This document shows positions 9,251 to 20,005 of a stretch of DNA of 64,000 nucleotides, in pieces (positions within the stretch are counted from its first letter, which is position 1; every line of letters begins with the position of its first letter). The notes beneath the pieces were generated by a model. That model did not search any database and had not been told where the DNA came from. It saw only the letters and a list, made by a program, of their open reading frames with translations. A program made the position numbers and the translations under genes. Origin of the DNA: an uncultured delta proteobacterium (GTDB taxonomy: Bacteria > Myxococcota > Myxococcia > Myxococcales > Myxococcaceae); assembly GCA_963713045.1 (NCBI GenBank), contig CAVQKE010000003.1, positions 128,001-192,000 of the forward strand. Direction: 5' to 3'.

Positions 9251-11632
9251 ATGGCCACCCAAGCGGGCAACGTCGAGCGGATGTTTGGCAAAAGCCTCAA
9301 GCGGCGGGAGGACCCGCGCTTTCTCACCGGCCGTGGCACCTACACCGACGACGTCAAGCTGCCGGGAATGACGTATGCCGTCTTCGTCCGCAGCCCCCTG
9401 GCGCACGCCCGCATCCGCGCCATTGACGCTGCCAAAGCGCTGGCCTTCCCTGGCGTGCGGGCCGTCGTCACCGGGAAGGAATTGGCCCAAGCCGGGGTGA
9501 ATGCCATTCCCACCGGCTGGCTGCTTCCAGAGTTGAAGACCACCGACCATCGCCCCCTGGCGGTGGACCGCGTCCGTCACGTCGGCGAGGCGGTGGCGGT
9601 GGTGGTGGCCGATACGCCCTATGCCGCCCGGGACGCCGCGGAGCTGGTGGCGGTGGACTACGAGGAACTCCCGGCGGTCGCCGACGGCCTCAAAGCGCTG
9701 GTCCCGGGCGCGCCCCAAGTCCACGAGCACGCAGCTTCCAACCGCAGCTTCCATTGGGAAATTGGCGACAAGGCCAAGACCGACGCCGCACTGCGAGGTG
9801 CCGCCAAGGTGGTGAAGGTGACACTGGTCAACCAGCGCCTGATTGCCAACGCCATCGAGCCGCGGGCCTGCGCGGCCAGCTACAGCCCGGCCACCGACGA
9901 GTTGACGCTGTGGGTGACGTCACAAAACCCCCATGTCCACCGCCTCATCATGGGGGCCTTCGTGTTGGGCATTCCGGAGCAGAAGTTCCGCGTCATCTCC
10001 CCGGACGTGGGCGGCGGCTTCGGCTCCAAAATTTTCATCTACCCCGAGGAGGTGGTGGTCAGTTGGCTGGCACGGCGCCTCGGGGCCCCGGTGAAGTGGA
10101 CGGCTGAGCGTCGCGAAAGCTTCCTCACCGACTCTCATGGCCGCGACCACCACTCGGACGTGGAAATGGGCTTCGACGGCCAGGGCAAGCTCCTTGGGCT
10201 GCGGGTGAAGACGGTGGCCAACCTCGGCGCTTACCTCACCCTCTTCGCCCCGGCGGTACCCACCTACCTGTACGGGACGCTGCTCAACGGGGTGTATGAC
10301 TTTCCCACCATTTTTTGCGAAGTGGACGGCGTCTTCACCCACACCACCCCGGTGGACGCCTACCGCGGAGCCGGACGGCCCGAGGCGTGCTACCTCCTCG
10401 AGCGCACCATGGACATTGCCGCCCGCTCGCTGGCCATCGACCCGGCGGAGCTGCGCCGGCGCAACTTCATCGCCAAGGACCGCTTCCCCTTCCAGACGCA
10501 AGTCGCCCTCGTCTATGACAGCGGCAACTACGCCCCGACGCTGGAGCGCGCGCTGAAGATGGTCGGCTATGAACGTTTTCGGCAGAGCCAGGCCGAGGCC
10601 AGGGCAAAGGGCCGATACCTGGGGCTGGGCATCAGCAGCTACATCGAGGCCTGCGGCATCGCGCCTTCGCAGGTGGTGGGCTCCCTCGGCGCGCAGGCCG
10701 GGCTGTATGAAAGTGGCACGGTGCGCGTGCACCCCACGGGAAAAGTCACCGTCCTGACCGGCTCGCACAGCCACGGTCAGGGACACGAAACGACGTTTTC
10801 CCAGCTGGTGGCCGACGAATTGGGCATCCCCATCGATGATGTGGAAATTGTGCACGGCGACACCGGCCGCATCCCCTTCGGTATGGGGACCTACGGCAGC
10901 CGCTCCGGCGCGGTGGGGGGCACCGCCATCCATATGAGTTTGCAGAAGCTGAAGGCGAAGGGGCGGAAACTCGCCGCCCACCTGCTGGAGGCTGCGCCGG
11001 AAGACGTGGAATTCCAAAATGGGCGCTTCAGCGTGAAGGGTGCGCCGGACCGGGGAAAGGCCTGGGCGGAAGTCACCCTGGCCGCGTACCTCGCCCACAG
11101 CATGCCGGCCGGCATGGAGCCGGGGTTGGAGGAGACCAGCTTCTATGACCCGTCCAACTTCACCTTCCCCTTCGGCACGCACATCGCGATGGTGGAGGTC
11201 GACGTCTCCACCGGGAAGACGGAGCTGCTGCGCTACGTCGCCGTCGACGACGTGGGAAACGTCATCAACCCCAAAATTGTGGACGGCCAGCTTCACGGCG
11301 GCATTGCCCAAGGCGCCGCCCAGGCCCTCTGGGAATGGGCCAGCTACGACGACAACGCTCAGCTTCTCAGCGGCTCCCTGATGGACTACGGCGTCCCGAG
11401 AGCCGACCAGCTGCCGAAATTTGAAACCGACCGCACCGTGACGCCCTCGCCGGTGAACCCCTTGGGGGTGAAGGGCGCGGGCGAGGCCGGCACCATTGCC
11501 AGTACGCCGGCGGTCGCCAACGCGGTGTTGGACGCGCTCGCGCCCTTTGGCATCACCCACCTGGACATCCCCCTGACCCCGGCCAGGGTGTGGCAGGCGG
11601 TGCAGGACGCACGCGCCAAGGGGAGGGGCTAG
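9251..11632 (+). CDS. coxL: Form II CoxL-like molybdopterin-binding large subunit (xanthine oxidase family)
   Basis: DVGGGFGSK, active-site AYRGAGR (form II), GQGHET, KGAGEAG. Confidence 0.88.
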   Translation: MATQAGNVERMFGKSLKRREDPRFLTGRGTYTDDVKLPGMTYAVFVRSPLAHARIRAIDAAKALAFPGVRAVVTGKELAQAGVNAIPTGWLLPELKTTDHRPLAVDRVRHVGEAVAVVVADTPYAARDAAELVAVDYEELPAVADGLKALVPGAPQVHEHAASNRSFHWEIGDKAKTDAALRGAAKVVKVTLVNQRLIANAIEPRACAASYSPATDELTLWVTSQNPHVHRLIMGAFVLGIPEQKFRVISPDVGGGFGSKIFIYPEEVVVSWLARRLGAPVKWTAERRESFLTDSHGRDHHSDVEMGFDGQGKLLGLRVKTVANLGAYLTLFAPAVPTYLYGTLLNGVYDFPTIFCEVDGVFTHTTPVDAYRGAGRPEACYLLERTMDIAARSLAIDPAELRRRNFIAKDRFPFQTQVALVYDSGNYAPTLERALKMVGYERFRQSQAEARAKGRYLGLGISSYIEACGIAPSQVVGSLGAQAGLYESGTVRVHPTGKVTVLTGSHSHGQGHETTFSQLVADELGIPIDDVEIVHGDTGRIPFGMGTYGSRSGAVGGTAIHMSLQKLKAKGRKLAAHLLEAAPEDVEFQNGRFSVKGAPDRGKAWAEVTLAAYLAHSMPAGMEPGLEETSFYDPSNFTFPFGTHIAMVEVDVSTGKTELLRYVAVDDVGNVINPKIVDGQLHGGIAQGAAQALWEWASYDDNAQLLSGSLMDYGVPRADQLPKFETDRTVTPSPVNPLGVKGAGEAGTIASTPAVANAVLDALAPFGITHLDIPLTPARVWQAVQDARAKGRG

Positions 11633-11634
11633 CC

Positions 11635-12501
11635 ATGTACCCAGCGCCCTTCGAATACCACCGGGCCTCCAGCGCCGAGGACGCAGTCGCGCTGCTTGGC
11701 CAATACGGCGACGAGGCCAAACTCATCGCCGGCGGCCACTCTCTGCTTCCGCTGATGAAGCTGCGTTTCGCCCAGCCGCGCCACCTCATCGACGTGCGGC
11801 GGATTCCCGGCCTCTCCGGCATTCGCGAGGAGAAGGGCAGTCTGTGGGTGGGGGCAGCCACGCCCCACGCGGTGGTGGCCACCTCGGCGCTGGTGCAGGC
11901 CACGCTGCCGATGCTGGCCGAAGCGGCGGGGCAAATTGGCGACCCCCAGGTACGAAACCTCGGCACCCTGGGCGGCAGTCTCGCGCACGCCGACCCCGCC
12001 GCGGACCTCCCGGCCGTTGCCCTGGCCCTTTCCGCGGAGTTGGTGGCACTCGGGCCTCACGGGGTGCGCACCCTGCAAGCCGACGCCTTCTTCTTGGACC
12101 TGATGACGACGGCGCTGGGGCAAGGGGAACTGCTGACCGAGGTGCGCTTCCCCAAACCGGAGGCGGGCTCAGTCGGCGCGTACGAGAAATACCCCCACCC
12201 GGCCTCTCGCTATGCGGTGGTGGGCGTGGCCGCCCAACTCACCCTGGTGCAAGGCAAGGTGACGAAGGCACGGGTGGCGGTGACTGGACTGGGGACCAAG
12301 GCCCAACGCGCGGCCGCGGTGGAGACGGCGCTGGTGGGCAAGGCTGCGGACGAAGCCACCTTCAGCGCGGCCGCCCAAAGGGCCACCGAGGGGTTGAAGC
12401 TTCGCTCGGACGCGCAGATGCCCGAGGCCTACCGGCGCGCGCTGGCGGTTACCGTCGCCAGGCGGGCGCTTGCCCGGGCAGCGAGCCGTGCCGCCGGCTG
12501 A
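11635..12501 (+). CDS. coxM: CoxM-like FAD-binding medium subunit
   Basis: IAGGHSLLPLMKLR, QVRNLGTLGGSLAHADPAAD. Confidence 0.9.
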   Translation: MYPAPFEYHRASSAEDAVALLGQYGDEAKLIAGGHSLLPLMKLRFAQPRHLIDVRRIPGLSGIREEKGSLWVGAATPHAVVATSALVQATLPMLAEAAGQIGDPQVRNLGTLGGSLAHADPAADLPAVALALSAELVALGPHGVRTLQADAFFLDLMTTALGQGELLTEVRFPKPEAGSVGAYEKYPHPASRYAVVGVAAQLTLVQGKVTKARVAVTGLGTKAQRAAAVETALVGKAADEATFSAAAQRATEGLKLRSDAQMPEAYRRALAVTVARRALARAASRAAG

Positions 12502-12508
12502 GGAGTCG

Positions 12509-12937
12509 ATGAAGCCGGAGTCGGCGGACGTCGTCCAGCTGCGCATCTGCGTGGATGTGGACGACGTCGACCGCGCGCTGGACTTCTACTGCCGCGCCCT
12601 CGGCCTTCGCCCCGGCCGCCGCCAGGGCAATGCCTGGGCAGAACTGCTGGGGGCAGCCGCCCCCATCGACGTACTGGCCAACGCCGCGGGGACACAGGCC
12701 TCCCCCACGATGGCCCAGCTGCGCAGCTATGCGCGGCATTGGACGCCGGTCCACCTGGACGTGGTCGTCGCCGAGCTGGACCCGGCGGTGGCCCGGGCGC
12801 TGGCCTGCGGGGCCACCCTGGAGCGGCCGGTGCAGGTGCGGGCTTGGGGGCGCATGGCCAACCTGGCGGACCCCTTTGGACACGGCCTGTGCCTGCTCGA
12901 ATTTCAAGGGACGGGCTACGACACGCTGGTGGACTGA
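12509..12937 (+). CDS. VOC/glyoxalase family protein
   Basis: VDVDDVDRALDFY, VHLDVVV, ADPFGHGLCL. Confidence 0.88.
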   Translation: MKPESADVVQLRICVDVDDVDRALDFYCRALGLRPGRRQGNAWAELLGAAAPIDVLANAAGTQASPTMAQLRSYARHWTPVHLDVVVAELDPAVARALACGATLERPVQVRAWGRMANLADPFGHGLCLLEFQGTGYDTLVD

Positions 12938-13031
12938 AAAGCCCGCGTCCCCACTTCCCGCTTCCTCCCCCTTTGGGCCATGGGTGGCTTGTCCTTGGGG
13001 GAGACGGGTTATTCGTGTGAGTCTGTCCTCC

Positions 13032-13916
13032 ATGCGCGAAGACATCCGCCGCATCCAGGAGTTGATGGAAGCCGAGGGCTACGTCACCGACCGCGCGGTG
13101 GCCACGTCGGTGTACCTGGCCACGACGCTGGGCAAGCCGCTTCTCGTCGAAGGGCACCCGGGCGTGGGAAAGACGGACATCGCCAAGGTGCTGGCCAAAG
13201 TCCTCGACGGCGACCTCATCCGGCTGCAGTGCTACGAGGGTCTGGACGCCAACACCGCGCTGTACGAGTGGAATTACCCGAAGCAGCTTTTGCACATCAA
13301 ACTGGACGAGCGCAGCGAGCGTCCGCTGGGCCAGCGGGAGGCGGACATTTTCTCCGAAGCCTTCCTCCTCAAGCGGCCGCTGTTGCAGGCCATCACCCAC
13401 CAGGGGCGCCCCCCGGTCCTCCTGATTGACGAGGTGGACCGCGCCGATGAGGAGTTTGAGGCCTTCTTGCTGGAGGTGCTGTCTGACTTTCAGGTGAGCA
13501 TCCCCGAAGTGGGCACGGTGCGTGCCGAGAAGCGGCCGGCGGTGGTGTTGACATCCAACCGCAGCCGGGACCTCTCCGACGCCTTGCGCCGGCGCTGCCT
13601 CTACCTGTGGATTGACTACCCCTCTCTGGAGAAGGAGTTGCGCATTGTGCGCAGCCGCGTGCCGGGAATCTCCGAGAAGCTGGCCCGGGAACTGACCGCC
13701 TTCATGCAGTCGCTGCGCCGGCTGAAGCTTCAAAAGACGCCCGGGGTGGCCGAGTCACTGGACTGGGCCGCGGCCCTGGTGTCCCTGCACGCCACCGCGC
13801 TGGATGCCTCGCTCGTCCAGGAGACGCTGGGCTGTTTTCTGAAGGACGAGACGGACCTCCGGGCGCTCTCCACCCGGCTGGCCCAAGGGGAACTACCGGC
13901 CCTCTGTTCGCCTTAG
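13032..13916 (+). CDS. coxD: MoxR AAA+ ATPase (CoxD-like)
   Basis: Walker A GHPGVGKT, RLQCYEGLD, Walker B LLIDEVD, DALRRRC. Confidence 0.88.
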   Translation: MREDIRRIQELMEAEGYVTDRAVATSVYLATTLGKPLLVEGHPGVGKTDIAKVLAKVLDGDLIRLQCYEGLDANTALYEWNYPKQLLHIKLDERSERPLGQREADIFSEAFLLKRPLLQAITHQGRPPVLLIDEVDRADEEFEAFLLEVLSDFQVSIPEVGTVRAEKRPAVVLTSNRSRDLSDALRRRCLYLWIDYPSLEKELRIVRSRVPGISEKLARELTAFMQSLRRLKLQKTPGVAESLDWAAALVSLHATALDASLVQETLGCFLKDETDLRALSTRLAQGELPALCSP

Positions 13917-13919
13917 AGG

Positions 13920-15047
13920 ATGACGGCTGCCCTTCCACCTTCGGACCTGGTCCTGCACACCGCGCGCTTCTGCCGGCAGCTGCGCGAGCAGGGCCTGGCG
14001 ACGACGCCCGGCGACACGCTGGAGGCGGCGCGGGTGCTGGGCCTGGTGGACGTGCTGGACCGGGAGGAATTTCGCCTCGCGCTGCGCACTGTCCTGGTCC
14101 ACCGAGTCGAGGACATGGGCCCCTTTGAGGAGGCCTTCGGGGCCTTCTTTGGAGGGACCGACGGGCTGAACGCGGCCTTTTTGCGCCGCAAGGCCCCCGT
14201 CCCCAAGCCCCAACGCGGGTCGCTCTCGCTCGAGCGGTGGATGCGGGGGGAGGGCGAAGAGACGAAGGCCGAGAAGGCGCTGGTGCCCTCCCCCAGTGCG
14301 GCCGAGTCTCTCCGGACGCCGGACTTCGGCACCTTCCAGGATGAGTCCCTGGCGGAGGTGACGCGGGCGGCGCGCCGCATGGCCCGACGCCTCGCGCTGC
14401 GTCCCAGCCGCCGCTGGGAGCCGGCCCGAGCGGGCGAGCGGCCCCACCTGCGGCGCACCTTGCGGCTGAGTGTGAAGACGGGGGGCGAAGTGGCGGAGCT
14501 GGCCTTCCGCCAGCGCAAAGTCCGGCGCACCAAACTGGTGGTGCTGGCCGACGTCTCGGGTTCCATGGACCTTTACGCGCGGCTGTTTCTGCAGTTCCTC
14601 TTCGCGCTGCAGCACAGCTTCGCCCGGGTGGAAACCTTCCTCTTCGCTACCCGGCTGTCCCGCGTCACCCAAGAATTACGCAGTCGCGGCTACAGCGAGG
14701 CCCTGGGAGAGCTGGCGGCCCAGGTGCGGGACTGGAATGGAGGCACGCGCATTGGCGAGTCGCTGCAGGCGTTCCTAGCGGGGTGGCCCCGGCTGCTCGA
14801 CCGCAACACCATCGTCCTGGTGTTGAGCGACGGCTGGGAGACGGGCGACGCGCAAGTGCTGGGCGAGGCCCTGGCCGCCATCCACCACCGCGCGGCGCGG
14901 TTGGTGTGGCTCAACCCGTTGTTGGGAAGCCCGGACTACCAGCCTCTCACCTTGGGTATGCAGGCGGCGCTGCCCCACCTGGACGCATTTCTTCCGGCGC
15001 ACGACTTGGCCAGCCTGGCGCAGCTCGCCGGGCAGCTGGCGCCTTAG
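13920..15047 (+). CDS. coxE: VWA domain protein (CoxE-like)
   Basis: MIDAS motif DVSGSM, GGTRIG, VLSDGW, WLNPL. Confidence 0.88.
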   Translation: MTAALPPSDLVLHTARFCRQLREQGLATTPGDTLEAARVLGLVDVLDREEFRLALRTVLVHRVEDMGPFEEAFGAFFGGTDGLNAAFLRRKAPVPKPQRGSLSLERWMRGEGEETKAEKALVPSPSAAESLRTPDFGTFQDESLAEVTRAARRMARRLALRPSRRWEPARAGERPHLRRTLRLSVKTGGEVAELAFRQRKVRRTKLVVLADVSGSMDLYARLFLQFLFALQHSFARVETFLFATRLSRVTQELRSRGYSEALGELAAQVRDWNGGTRIGESLQAFLAGWPRLLDRNTIVLVLSDGWETGDAQVLGEALAAIHHRAARLVWLNPLLGSPDYQPLTLGMQAALPHLDAFLPAHDLASLAQLAGQLAP

Positions 15048-16189
15048 ACGCCCCCTGAAGGCTCGCCCCGCGGGTGAATCGGGCCAGCCCGTTGCCGCAA
15101 ACTGCCGCCCTCCCGCGCCGAGACCGTGGCCAGCACCTCGGCAAGGATGGAGAGGGCAATTTCCTCGGACTGTTCGGCGCCGACATCCAGCCCAGTCGGG
15201 CTGTGCAACCGCGCGCGATGGGCTTCGGTGAGGCGAAAGCCCCCTTGAGCCAACTCGCTCAGCATTTGTTCCGTCCGCAGTCTCGGCCCCAGCGCGCCGA
15301 CGTAGGCGCACCCGGACTCCAAGGCAAAGCGAAGGAAGCCCCGGTCGTGCGCGAGGTTGTGCGTCATGATGATGGCGGCGGACTCCTCTTCCAGAGTGAC
15401 GCGACCTGCCACCGTCTCCGGGGTTGCGGTGAGGCGCTGGTCGGCGCCGGCAAAGGCGTCGACCGGCACCCCACTCGGCCGGTTGGCGACCAGCGTCGTG
15501 GAAAAGCCGAGCTCGGCGGCCAGGCGCACCAGTGGCACGGCGTCTTGGCCGTTGCCGAAAATGACGAGCGGCCGCGGCGGCTTGACCACTTCCACCAGCG
15601 CATCCACCGCGGCCTGGCCACTGCCGTAGCGGTGTCCCCGGGTGCGGCCCCGAGAGAGGGCATCGGCGGCGTCGGCCTGCAGGCGCTCGCGCAGCGCGGT
15701 GTCGGCGATGTCGGAGCGGACGCCCGTCTCGTCGAGGACAAGGCGTTGCCCAACCCGTGCGCCGCTGTTGCGTGCCGCGCGAAAGATGGTGGCCAGCACG
15801 CCCGGCCGGCGGGCCTGGAGACGCTGCAAGAGAAACTCGAGCGGGTGGGTGGGAGTCCTCTCTGGCCCGACGCGCTCCTGCAGCACTTCCACCCGACCAT
15901 TGCAGCCCAGGCCGAAGCTCCACGACACTTCGTCGTCGGTGGTGGTGGAGTCGTAACTGACCACCAGCGGCCCTTCGGCAGTTCGCCACCAGGCCTTCTT
16001 GAGGAGTTCCCCTTCGAGGCACCCGCCGCTAATTCCACCGGCGAGCCAGCGGTCCTCGGACATCAACAGCCGGGCGCCCGGGCGCCGGTAGGTGGACCCC
16101 TGCGTCTCCACCACCGTGGCCAGCAGCGCCGGTTGCCCGCGCTTCTGCAGCTCGCGCCAGGCGTCGGCAATGCGGCGTAACTCCTTCAT
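15044..16189 (-). CDS. xdhC: XdhC/CoxI-family molybdenum cofactor insertion chaperone
   Basis: GSTYRRPGA, ISGGCLE, GLGCNG, MTHN, SPTGLDVGA..EEIALSI. Confidence 0.9.
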   Translation of the reverse strand: MKELRRIADAWRELQKRGQPALLATVVETQGSTYRRPGARLLMSEDRWLAGGISGGCLEGELLKKAWWRTAEGPLVVSYDSTTTDDEVSWSFGLGCNGRVEVLQERVGPERTPTHPLEFLLQRLQARRPGVLATIFRAARNSGARVGQRLVLDETGVRSDIADTALRERLQADAADALSRGRTRGHRYGSGQAAVDALVEVVKPPRPLVIFGNGQDAVPLVRLAAELGFSTTLVANRPSGVPVDAFAGADQRLTATPETVAGRVTLEEESAAIIMTHNLAHDRGFLRFALESGCAYVGALGPRLRTEQMLSELAQGGFRLTEAHRARLHSPTGLDVGAEQSEEIALSILAEVLATVSAREGGSLRQRAGPIHPRGEPSGGV

Positions 16190-16448
16190 AGCAACCCTTG
16201 GGGGACTCCCTTGTGTCCGGGCGGCTTGGCCGCTTCTGTCCTTGTACTATGTAGCGCGCGCTTCTGGCCTCCGCGACAAGAGGTGCTTCTTGGGCTGGGC
16301 CAACCCGCCCCCCGGCCGTGCCCTCCAATCGTTGACGCCTACGGGAGGAGGCCAGTAGAAGCCAGGGCCAGGCCGCGCGGGCGGCTAAAAAGGGCCGTCC
16401 TTAGCTAGCACCAACGCTGTCTGGCTCCCCCTGGGGTTTGCGCCACCG

Positions 16449-16982
16449 ATGAGTGCCTTCGCGCTGGACCGAATCGCCAAAGTGCTGCCGGATGCCCTGG
16501 CCGAGCGCCCGGTGGACAGGACGGGTGGACACTGGGGGGTGGTGCAACCACAGGCGCTGGTGGCGGTGGCGCAGCTGGTGAAGAGCGACCCGGAGCTGGC
16601 CTTCAAGCTGTTCCTCTCCATTGACGCCGTGGACCGGCTGCAGCTGGCGGACAACACGCCGCGCTTCGAGGTGGTGTACTTCGCCTATTCGCTGAAACGG
16701 AATGAACACCTGCGTCTCAAAGTGCGGGTGACGGAGGACCGGGCGGAAGTGCCCAGCTTGGTCAGCGTTTACCAGGGCGCCAACTGGTGGGAGCGCTTCG
16801 TCTGGGACTTCTATGGCATCCGCTTTCTGGGCCACCCGGACTTGACGCGGATTCTGATGTACGAGGAATTCAAAGGCCACCCGTTGCGCAAGGACTACCC
16901 GCTGCGCGGCCGGCAGCCGCTGACTCCGGAGCGTCCCGTCGAGGACATTTTCCGCGGCCCAGGTACCTCTGGCGTCGGCTGA
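16449..16982 (+). CDS. nuoC: NADH-quinone oxidoreductase subunit C
   Basis: ANWWER..WDFYGIRFLGHPDLTRILMYEEFKGHPLRKDYPL. Confidence 0.95.
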   Translation: MSAFALDRIAKVLPDALAERPVDRTGGHWGVVQPQALVAVAQLVKSDPELAFKLFLSIDAVDRLQLADNTPRFEVVYFAYSLKRNEHLRLKVRVTEDRAEVPSLVSVYQGANWWERFVWDFYGIRFLGHPDLTRILMYEEFKGHPLRKDYPLRGRQPLTPERPVEDIFRGPGTSGVG

Positions 16983-17034
16983 AGGCCCCCTGTCCCTTCC
17001 TCCTCGTCCCCCCGTTTTGGGAAGACACCCCACC

Positions 17035-18264
17035 ATGGCAGACGGAAACCACCCCGCAGGGCCACCGCCGGAGGAGGGCGAACTGGAAGCGCACCTCCAC
17101 ACCAAGCGGATGCTCATCAACATGGGCCCTTCCCACCCGGCGATGCACGGCACGGTGCGGACCCGCATTGAATTGGAGGGCGAAACCATCGTCCGCGCCA
17201 TTCCGGAGATTGGGTTTCTGCACCGTGGCTTTCAGAAGTCTTGCGAAAACGTCACCTGGAACCAGTGTCTGCCCTACACCGACCGGCTGAATTACGTCAG
17301 CGCGTTGATGAACAACTTCGGCTTCCTCGCCGCGGTGGAGAAGCTGGCCGGCATCACCATCCCCGAGCGCGCCCAGTACATCCGCGTCATCGCCTCGGAG
17401 TTGCACCGCATTCACGACCACCTCACCTGCGTCGGCAGCATTGGCCTGGAGTTGGGCGGCTTCGCCCCTTTCCTCTACGCCATCGAGGGACGGGAACTGG
17501 TCATGGACCGGGTGACGGAGTTGACCGGGGCGCGGCTCACCACCAGCTTCGGCCGGGTGGGTGGCCTCAACCGCGACTTGCCTGAGGGCTGGACCGAGCG
17601 GGTGCTGAAGACGCTGGACAAGTGCCATGAGCTGATTGGCGAAATGGACACGCTGCTCAGCGCCAACCGAATTTTCGTCGACCGGATGCTGGGGGTCGGC
17701 GTCATCACCACCGACGACGCGCTGGACTTCGGCTTCACCGGCCCCTGTCTCCGGGCCTGCGGTGTGCCCTATGACGTGCGCAAGGCGCGACCCTACTGGG
17801 TGTACGACAAGATGGATTTCGACGTGCCGGTGGGCAAAAACGGCGACAACTTCGACCGCTACTTGATGCGGATGGAGGAGCTGAAGCAGTCCGAAGCCAT
17901 TGTCCGCCAGGGACTGAAGGACATTCCTCCAGGACCGGTGATTGTGGACGACTGGCGGATTGCGCTTCCTCCCAAGTCCGAGGTGTACGGGACGATTGAG
18001 GGCGTCATCGCCCACTTCAAGCTGGTGATGGAGGGCGTGCCGGTCCCGGCCGGAGAGGTGTACGACAGCACCGAGGCCGCCAACGGCGAGCTCGGCTGGT
18101 ACCTGGTGAGCGACGGCTCGGGACGACCCTACAAGGTGCACGTCCGCGCGCCGGGCTTCGCCCTCCTCTCCGGGCTGCCGCGGCTGGTACAGGGGCGCCT
18201 GCTTGCGGACCTGATTCCCACCTTTGACACCATCAACATGATTGGCGGCGAGGTGGAACAGTGA
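17035..18264 (+). CDS. nuoD: NADH-quinone oxidoreductase subunit D
   Basis: NMGPSHPAMHG, GFLHRG, YTDRLNY, EAANGELG, GGEVEQ C-terminus. Confidence 0.96.
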   Translation: MADGNHPAGPPPEEGELEAHLHTKRMLINMGPSHPAMHGTVRTRIELEGETIVRAIPEIGFLHRGFQKSCENVTWNQCLPYTDRLNYVSALMNNFGFLAAVEKLAGITIPERAQYIRVIASELHRIHDHLTCVGSIGLELGGFAPFLYAIEGRELVMDRVTELTGARLTTSFGRVGGLNRDLPEGWTERVLKTLDKCHELIGEMDTLLSANRIFVDRMLGVGVITTDDALDFGFTGPCLRACGVPYDVRKARPYWVYDKMDFDVPVGKNGDNFDRYLMRMEELKQSEAIVRQGLKDIPPGPVIVDDWRIALPPKSEVYGTIEGVIAHFKLVMEGVPVPAGEVYDSTEAANGELGWYLVSDGSGRPYKVHVRAPGFALLSGLPRLVQGRLLADLIPTFDTINMIGGEVEQ

Positions 18265-19985
18265 GCGACGACCAGCCCAAGCCGGCTGCGCCCCCGCCGC
18301 CTCCGGCGGCGCCGGGACGGCCAGCGCCCAAGCATCCCGGCTTCATCACCCTGAACGTTGACGGCAAAGAAGTGGTCGCCAAGCCGGGCACCAACCTCAT
18401 CACCGCGGCCAAGACGGCTGGGGCCGACATTCCCTATTACTGCTGGCACCACCGCCTCAGCATCGCCGCCAACTGCCGAATGTGTCTGGTGGAGAGCAGC
18501 ACCTCGCCCAAGCTGGTCCCGGCCTGCCAAACCGCGCTCCAGGAGGGGATGACTGTGCGCACCAACACGGCGCGGGTGGCGGAGAGCCAGCGCTCGGTGA
18601 TGGAGTTTCTCCTCCTCAACCACCCAGTGGACTGCGCCATTTGCGACCAGGCCGGCGAGTGCAAACTCGAGGACTACTACCAGCGCGTGGACTTCAAACC
18701 CTCTCGGCTGGAGGGCGGCAAACTCCTCCGGGACAAGCGCAAGGTGCTTGGCCCGCTGGTGGTCCTCGACCAGGAGCGCTGCGTCCAGTGCACGCGCTGC
18801 GTGCGCTTCATGGACGAAGTGGCGAAGGAGCCGCAGCTGGGGATGTTTTCCCGCGGCTCCGAGGAATACATCGACGTCTACCCAGGCCAGCAGCTGACCA
18901 GCAACTACTCCGGCAACGTGGTGGACATCTGTCCGGTGGGGGCGCTGCTCAACCGCGACTTCCGCTTTCGAGCTCGCAGCTGGTTTCTGTCCACCGTCGC
19001 CTCGGTGTGCACCGGCTGCTCGCGCGGCTGCAACATCTACGTCGACTTCCTGGGACAGGACAGCTACCGCTACCGGCCGCGGGAGAATGACGCCATCAAC
19101 CAGAGTTGGATGTGCGATGCCGGGCGACTTTCCTACAAACCGCTCAACCTGGGGCGGGTCCCGCAACCAACGGTGGGTCGCGCCGAGGACCGGCGCGAGG
19201 TGACTGCGGCCGAGGCGCTCCAGCGGGCCACCCTGCAGCTGAAGGCGATGGCCGGAACGGCGGAGTTGGCGGTGCTGGTGTCGCCGCTGTGCAGCAACGA
19301 GGACCTTTTGGCTGGCCTCACCTTCGCCAAGGATGCCCTCGGGGTGCGGCAGCTGTACCTCGGCGGCCGTCCCGACGGGGACAAGGACGCCTTCTTGATG
19401 CGAGCCGACAAAAACCCCAACCGCAAGGGACTGGAGTGGATTGCGTCCGGGTTGGGGCTCGCGCTGTTGCCCTTCTCCGCGCTTTTGAAGGCCATCGAAG
19501 CAGGCGCGGTGAAGGCCCTCTATGTGCTGGGGGCGGAAGTGCCGGCGGGTGACGCCGACATTGCGCGGACGCTGCCCAAGGTGGAATTCATCGCGGTGCA
19601 GGCCACCAACACCTCGCCCCTGACCGAAGCGGCCGACGTGGTGCTGCCGGCCGCCACCCACGTCGAGGACGAAGGCAGCTTCGTCCAGGAGGACGGCCTG
19701 GTGCAGCGCTTCCGCCGCGCCTACCCGCCCCGGGGCGCGACGCAGAGCCACTGGAAGTGGGCGGTGGACATCATGCGGGAATTCGGCTTCCCCCTGACCT
19801 ACGCCTCCGCCCAGGACGTCTTCCGGGAATTGTCGATTAAAGTCCCGCAACTCTCGGGGTTCGCCTGGGAGAAGGAAGCCCCTCCGCTGAAGACGACCCG
19901 CGGCCTGCAGCCACTGCCCACCGCCGCCGATGGCCGGCCGCCCGGCTACCGGGAATTCGGTGTGCCACGGGTCCGCGGCATTTAA
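18261..19985 (+). CDS. nuoG: NADH-quinone oxidoreductase subunit G (short form, 574 aa)
   Basis: YCWH..NCRMCLVE, HPVDCAICDQAGEC, CVQCTRCVRF, CTGCSRGC; GTGA overlap with nuoD. Confidence 0.9.
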   Translation: MSDDQPKPAAPPPPPAAPGRPAPKHPGFITLNVDGKEVVAKPGTNLITAAKTAGADIPYYCWHHRLSIAANCRMCLVESSTSPKLVPACQTALQEGMTVRTNTARVAESQRSVMEFLLLNHPVDCAICDQAGECKLEDYYQRVDFKPSRLEGGKLLRDKRKVLGPLVVLDQERCVQCTRCVRFMDEVAKEPQLGMFSRGSEEYIDVYPGQQLTSNYSGNVVDICPVGALLNRDFRFRARSWFLSTVASVCTGCSRGCNIYVDFLGQDSYRYRPRENDAINQSWMCDAGRLSYKPLNLGRVPQPTVGRAEDRREVTAAEALQRATLQLKAMAGTAELAVLVSPLCSNEDLLAGLTFAKDALGVRQLYLGGRPDGDKDAFLMRADKNPNRKGLEWIASGLGLALLPFSALLKAIEAGAVKALYVLGAEVPAGDADIARTLPKVEFIAVQATNTSPLTEAADVVLPAATHVEDEGSFVQEDGLVQRFRRAYPPRGATQSHWKWAVDIMREFGFPLTYASAQDVFRELSIKVPQLSGFAWEKEAPPLKTTRGLQPLPTAADGRPPGYREFGVPRVRGI

Positions 19986-20005
19986 GACGAGGACGCCCCA
20001 GCGCC

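Noticed and set aside
9251..11632. Bona fide aerobic CO dehydrogenase
   Set aside because: The active-site loop is AYRGAGR, not AYxCSFR, and the gene order is S-L-M
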